From: Mobula hypostoma
Lineage: Eukaryota
NCBI RefSeq assembly: GCF_963921235.1
Contig: NC_086097.1
Location: forward strand, 62,994,001-63,058,000
DNA length: 64,000 nucleotides
Direction of reading: 5' to 3'
The position numbers were made by a program, and so were the translations under genes. Of this stretch, positions 62,877 through 64,000 are shown one piece after another. How positions within the stretch are numbered: the stretch's first letter is position 1; every line of letters begins with the position of its first letter. The notes beneath the pieces were generated by a model. That model worked only from the letters and a program-made list of their open reading frames with translations. It did not search any database and had not been told where the DNA came from.

Positions 62877-64000
62877 CACTCTTTAGACTCTGGACAAACC
62901 TTTCAGCCAAGAAATTTGTAGCTGGCTAGTATTGTGCAGATATAATATGTCTTATTCCCTTCTCTTTCAGAATGACTGAAACTGTTCCACAACAAACTGT
63001 GGTCCGTTGTCTCTGACTAAGTGTGCTGGAACACAAGTCCTTGTGGAGGGAGTTCTCAATCCATCAACAGTGTGCGATCCTTTAGTAGAAACTATTGGGA
63101 ACATTTCTGACCACTTTGTAGCTGCATCCGTTACTACCAAAAATTTGTGGCCTTGAATGGTCCAGCAAAATCCACATGAATCCTCCATCAGAGCAATGTA
63201 GTACAATCCCAGGGATGGAGAGATACTGTCCTTGACATCTTCTAGGTGTGTTGGCATCCCAAACAGTGCACGGCAAGCTGCTTGATCTGCTGATCTATTC
63301 CAGGACACTGCTTCGAGCTTCAAGCATGATTACATTTTGACCATGCCTAGACATCCAGCATGTAGCTCCTCCAACACATTAGCTCTCAGTATGGATGATA
63401 CAACAGCTCTAAATCTAAATCCCCACATAAGGCAACCTTCGTCAAGGGCAAGTTTGTCTCGGTGCTGGTAAAAGTGGGGAATCTGGAGTTTCTACTGTAC
63501 ATTCCAGCTGCTTTGAGTGGCTATGTAGACCTGGAACAGTGTGGGGTACTTTCTGGTTTCCCTTTGGATCATCTCTGTCGTAGTATGGAGACTATCAATT
63601 TTCACTATGGAGAATACATCAAGATGAGTGTTCCTTTTTGTACATTTTTCAGATATTTCCTTTCCCAAGGATAAACGGGACAATCCATCATCATTTCCAT
63701 GACTAGTTGTTCTCTTGAATTCAATCTTGCAATTGTGTCCTCCAAGAAACAGAGTCCATCTCTGTATTCGTGCTGCTACTCTTAGAGGAACAACTTTCTG
63801 TGGATTAAAGTCAGACACTAGTGGTTGATGAACAGTAATGAGGGTAAACTCTCTCCCATACAGGTACTAGTTGAAAAGTTTTACACCCCAAACTAGACTC
63901 AAGGCCTCTCTGTCAACCTATGCGTAATTTTTCTCTGTGACAGTAAAGGTGAATGATACGAAATCTATGTGGCATTCACTTCCATCATTCCTGGCACGTG
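62877..64000 (-). mobile_element. Second Gypsy pol fragment (RNase H to integrase), running off the window end
   Basis: Peptides AARIQRWTLFLGGHNCKIEFKRTTSHGNDDGLSRL and KFLVVTDAATKWSEMFP..LVRDNGPQFVVEQFQSF. Confidence 0.9.

Noticed and set aside
55792..64000. The two Gypsy regions as one element
   Set aside because: They lie on opposite strands, cover overlapping domains with clearly different sequence, and the first has its own PPT and 3' LTR.

Overview
This is eukaryotic, repeat-dense vertebrate DNA. The repeat inventory (CR1 LINEs with (CATAGAAA)n/(CCATAAGA)n tails, V-domain SINEs, Rex1/Babar-type tails, Neptune-like Penelope elements) suggests a cartilaginous fish, probably a ray; that is an inference. 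It looks like a large intron or gene desert, and I cannot recognise an intact host protein-coding gene. The long ORFs I can assign are decayed transposon proteins: many CR1 LINE copies (one with an SGNH-esterase ORF1), a 5'-truncated L1, an RNase H-bearing Nimb/I-group LINE, two Gypsy pol regions, a full-length but dead DD34E Tc1 element, hAT and Tigger-like MITEs, solo LTRs, SINEs and many Penelope-like fragments. The most interesting signals are four. (1) Minimal type-I hammerhead ribozyme motifs sit in the terminal repeats of two Penelope families, often in inverted, fold-back arrangements. (2) Several nested insertions have readable target-site duplications. (3) Repeat-free islands are rich in homeodomain/TALE/E-box motifs and resemble enhancers. 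(4) A speculative set of minus-strand micro-exons and one unexplained 60-nt hairpin are present. There is no CRISPR array or prokaryotic system. Repeat boundaries are approximate unless TSD or TIR coordinates are quoted, and family names come from motif recognition, not database searches.
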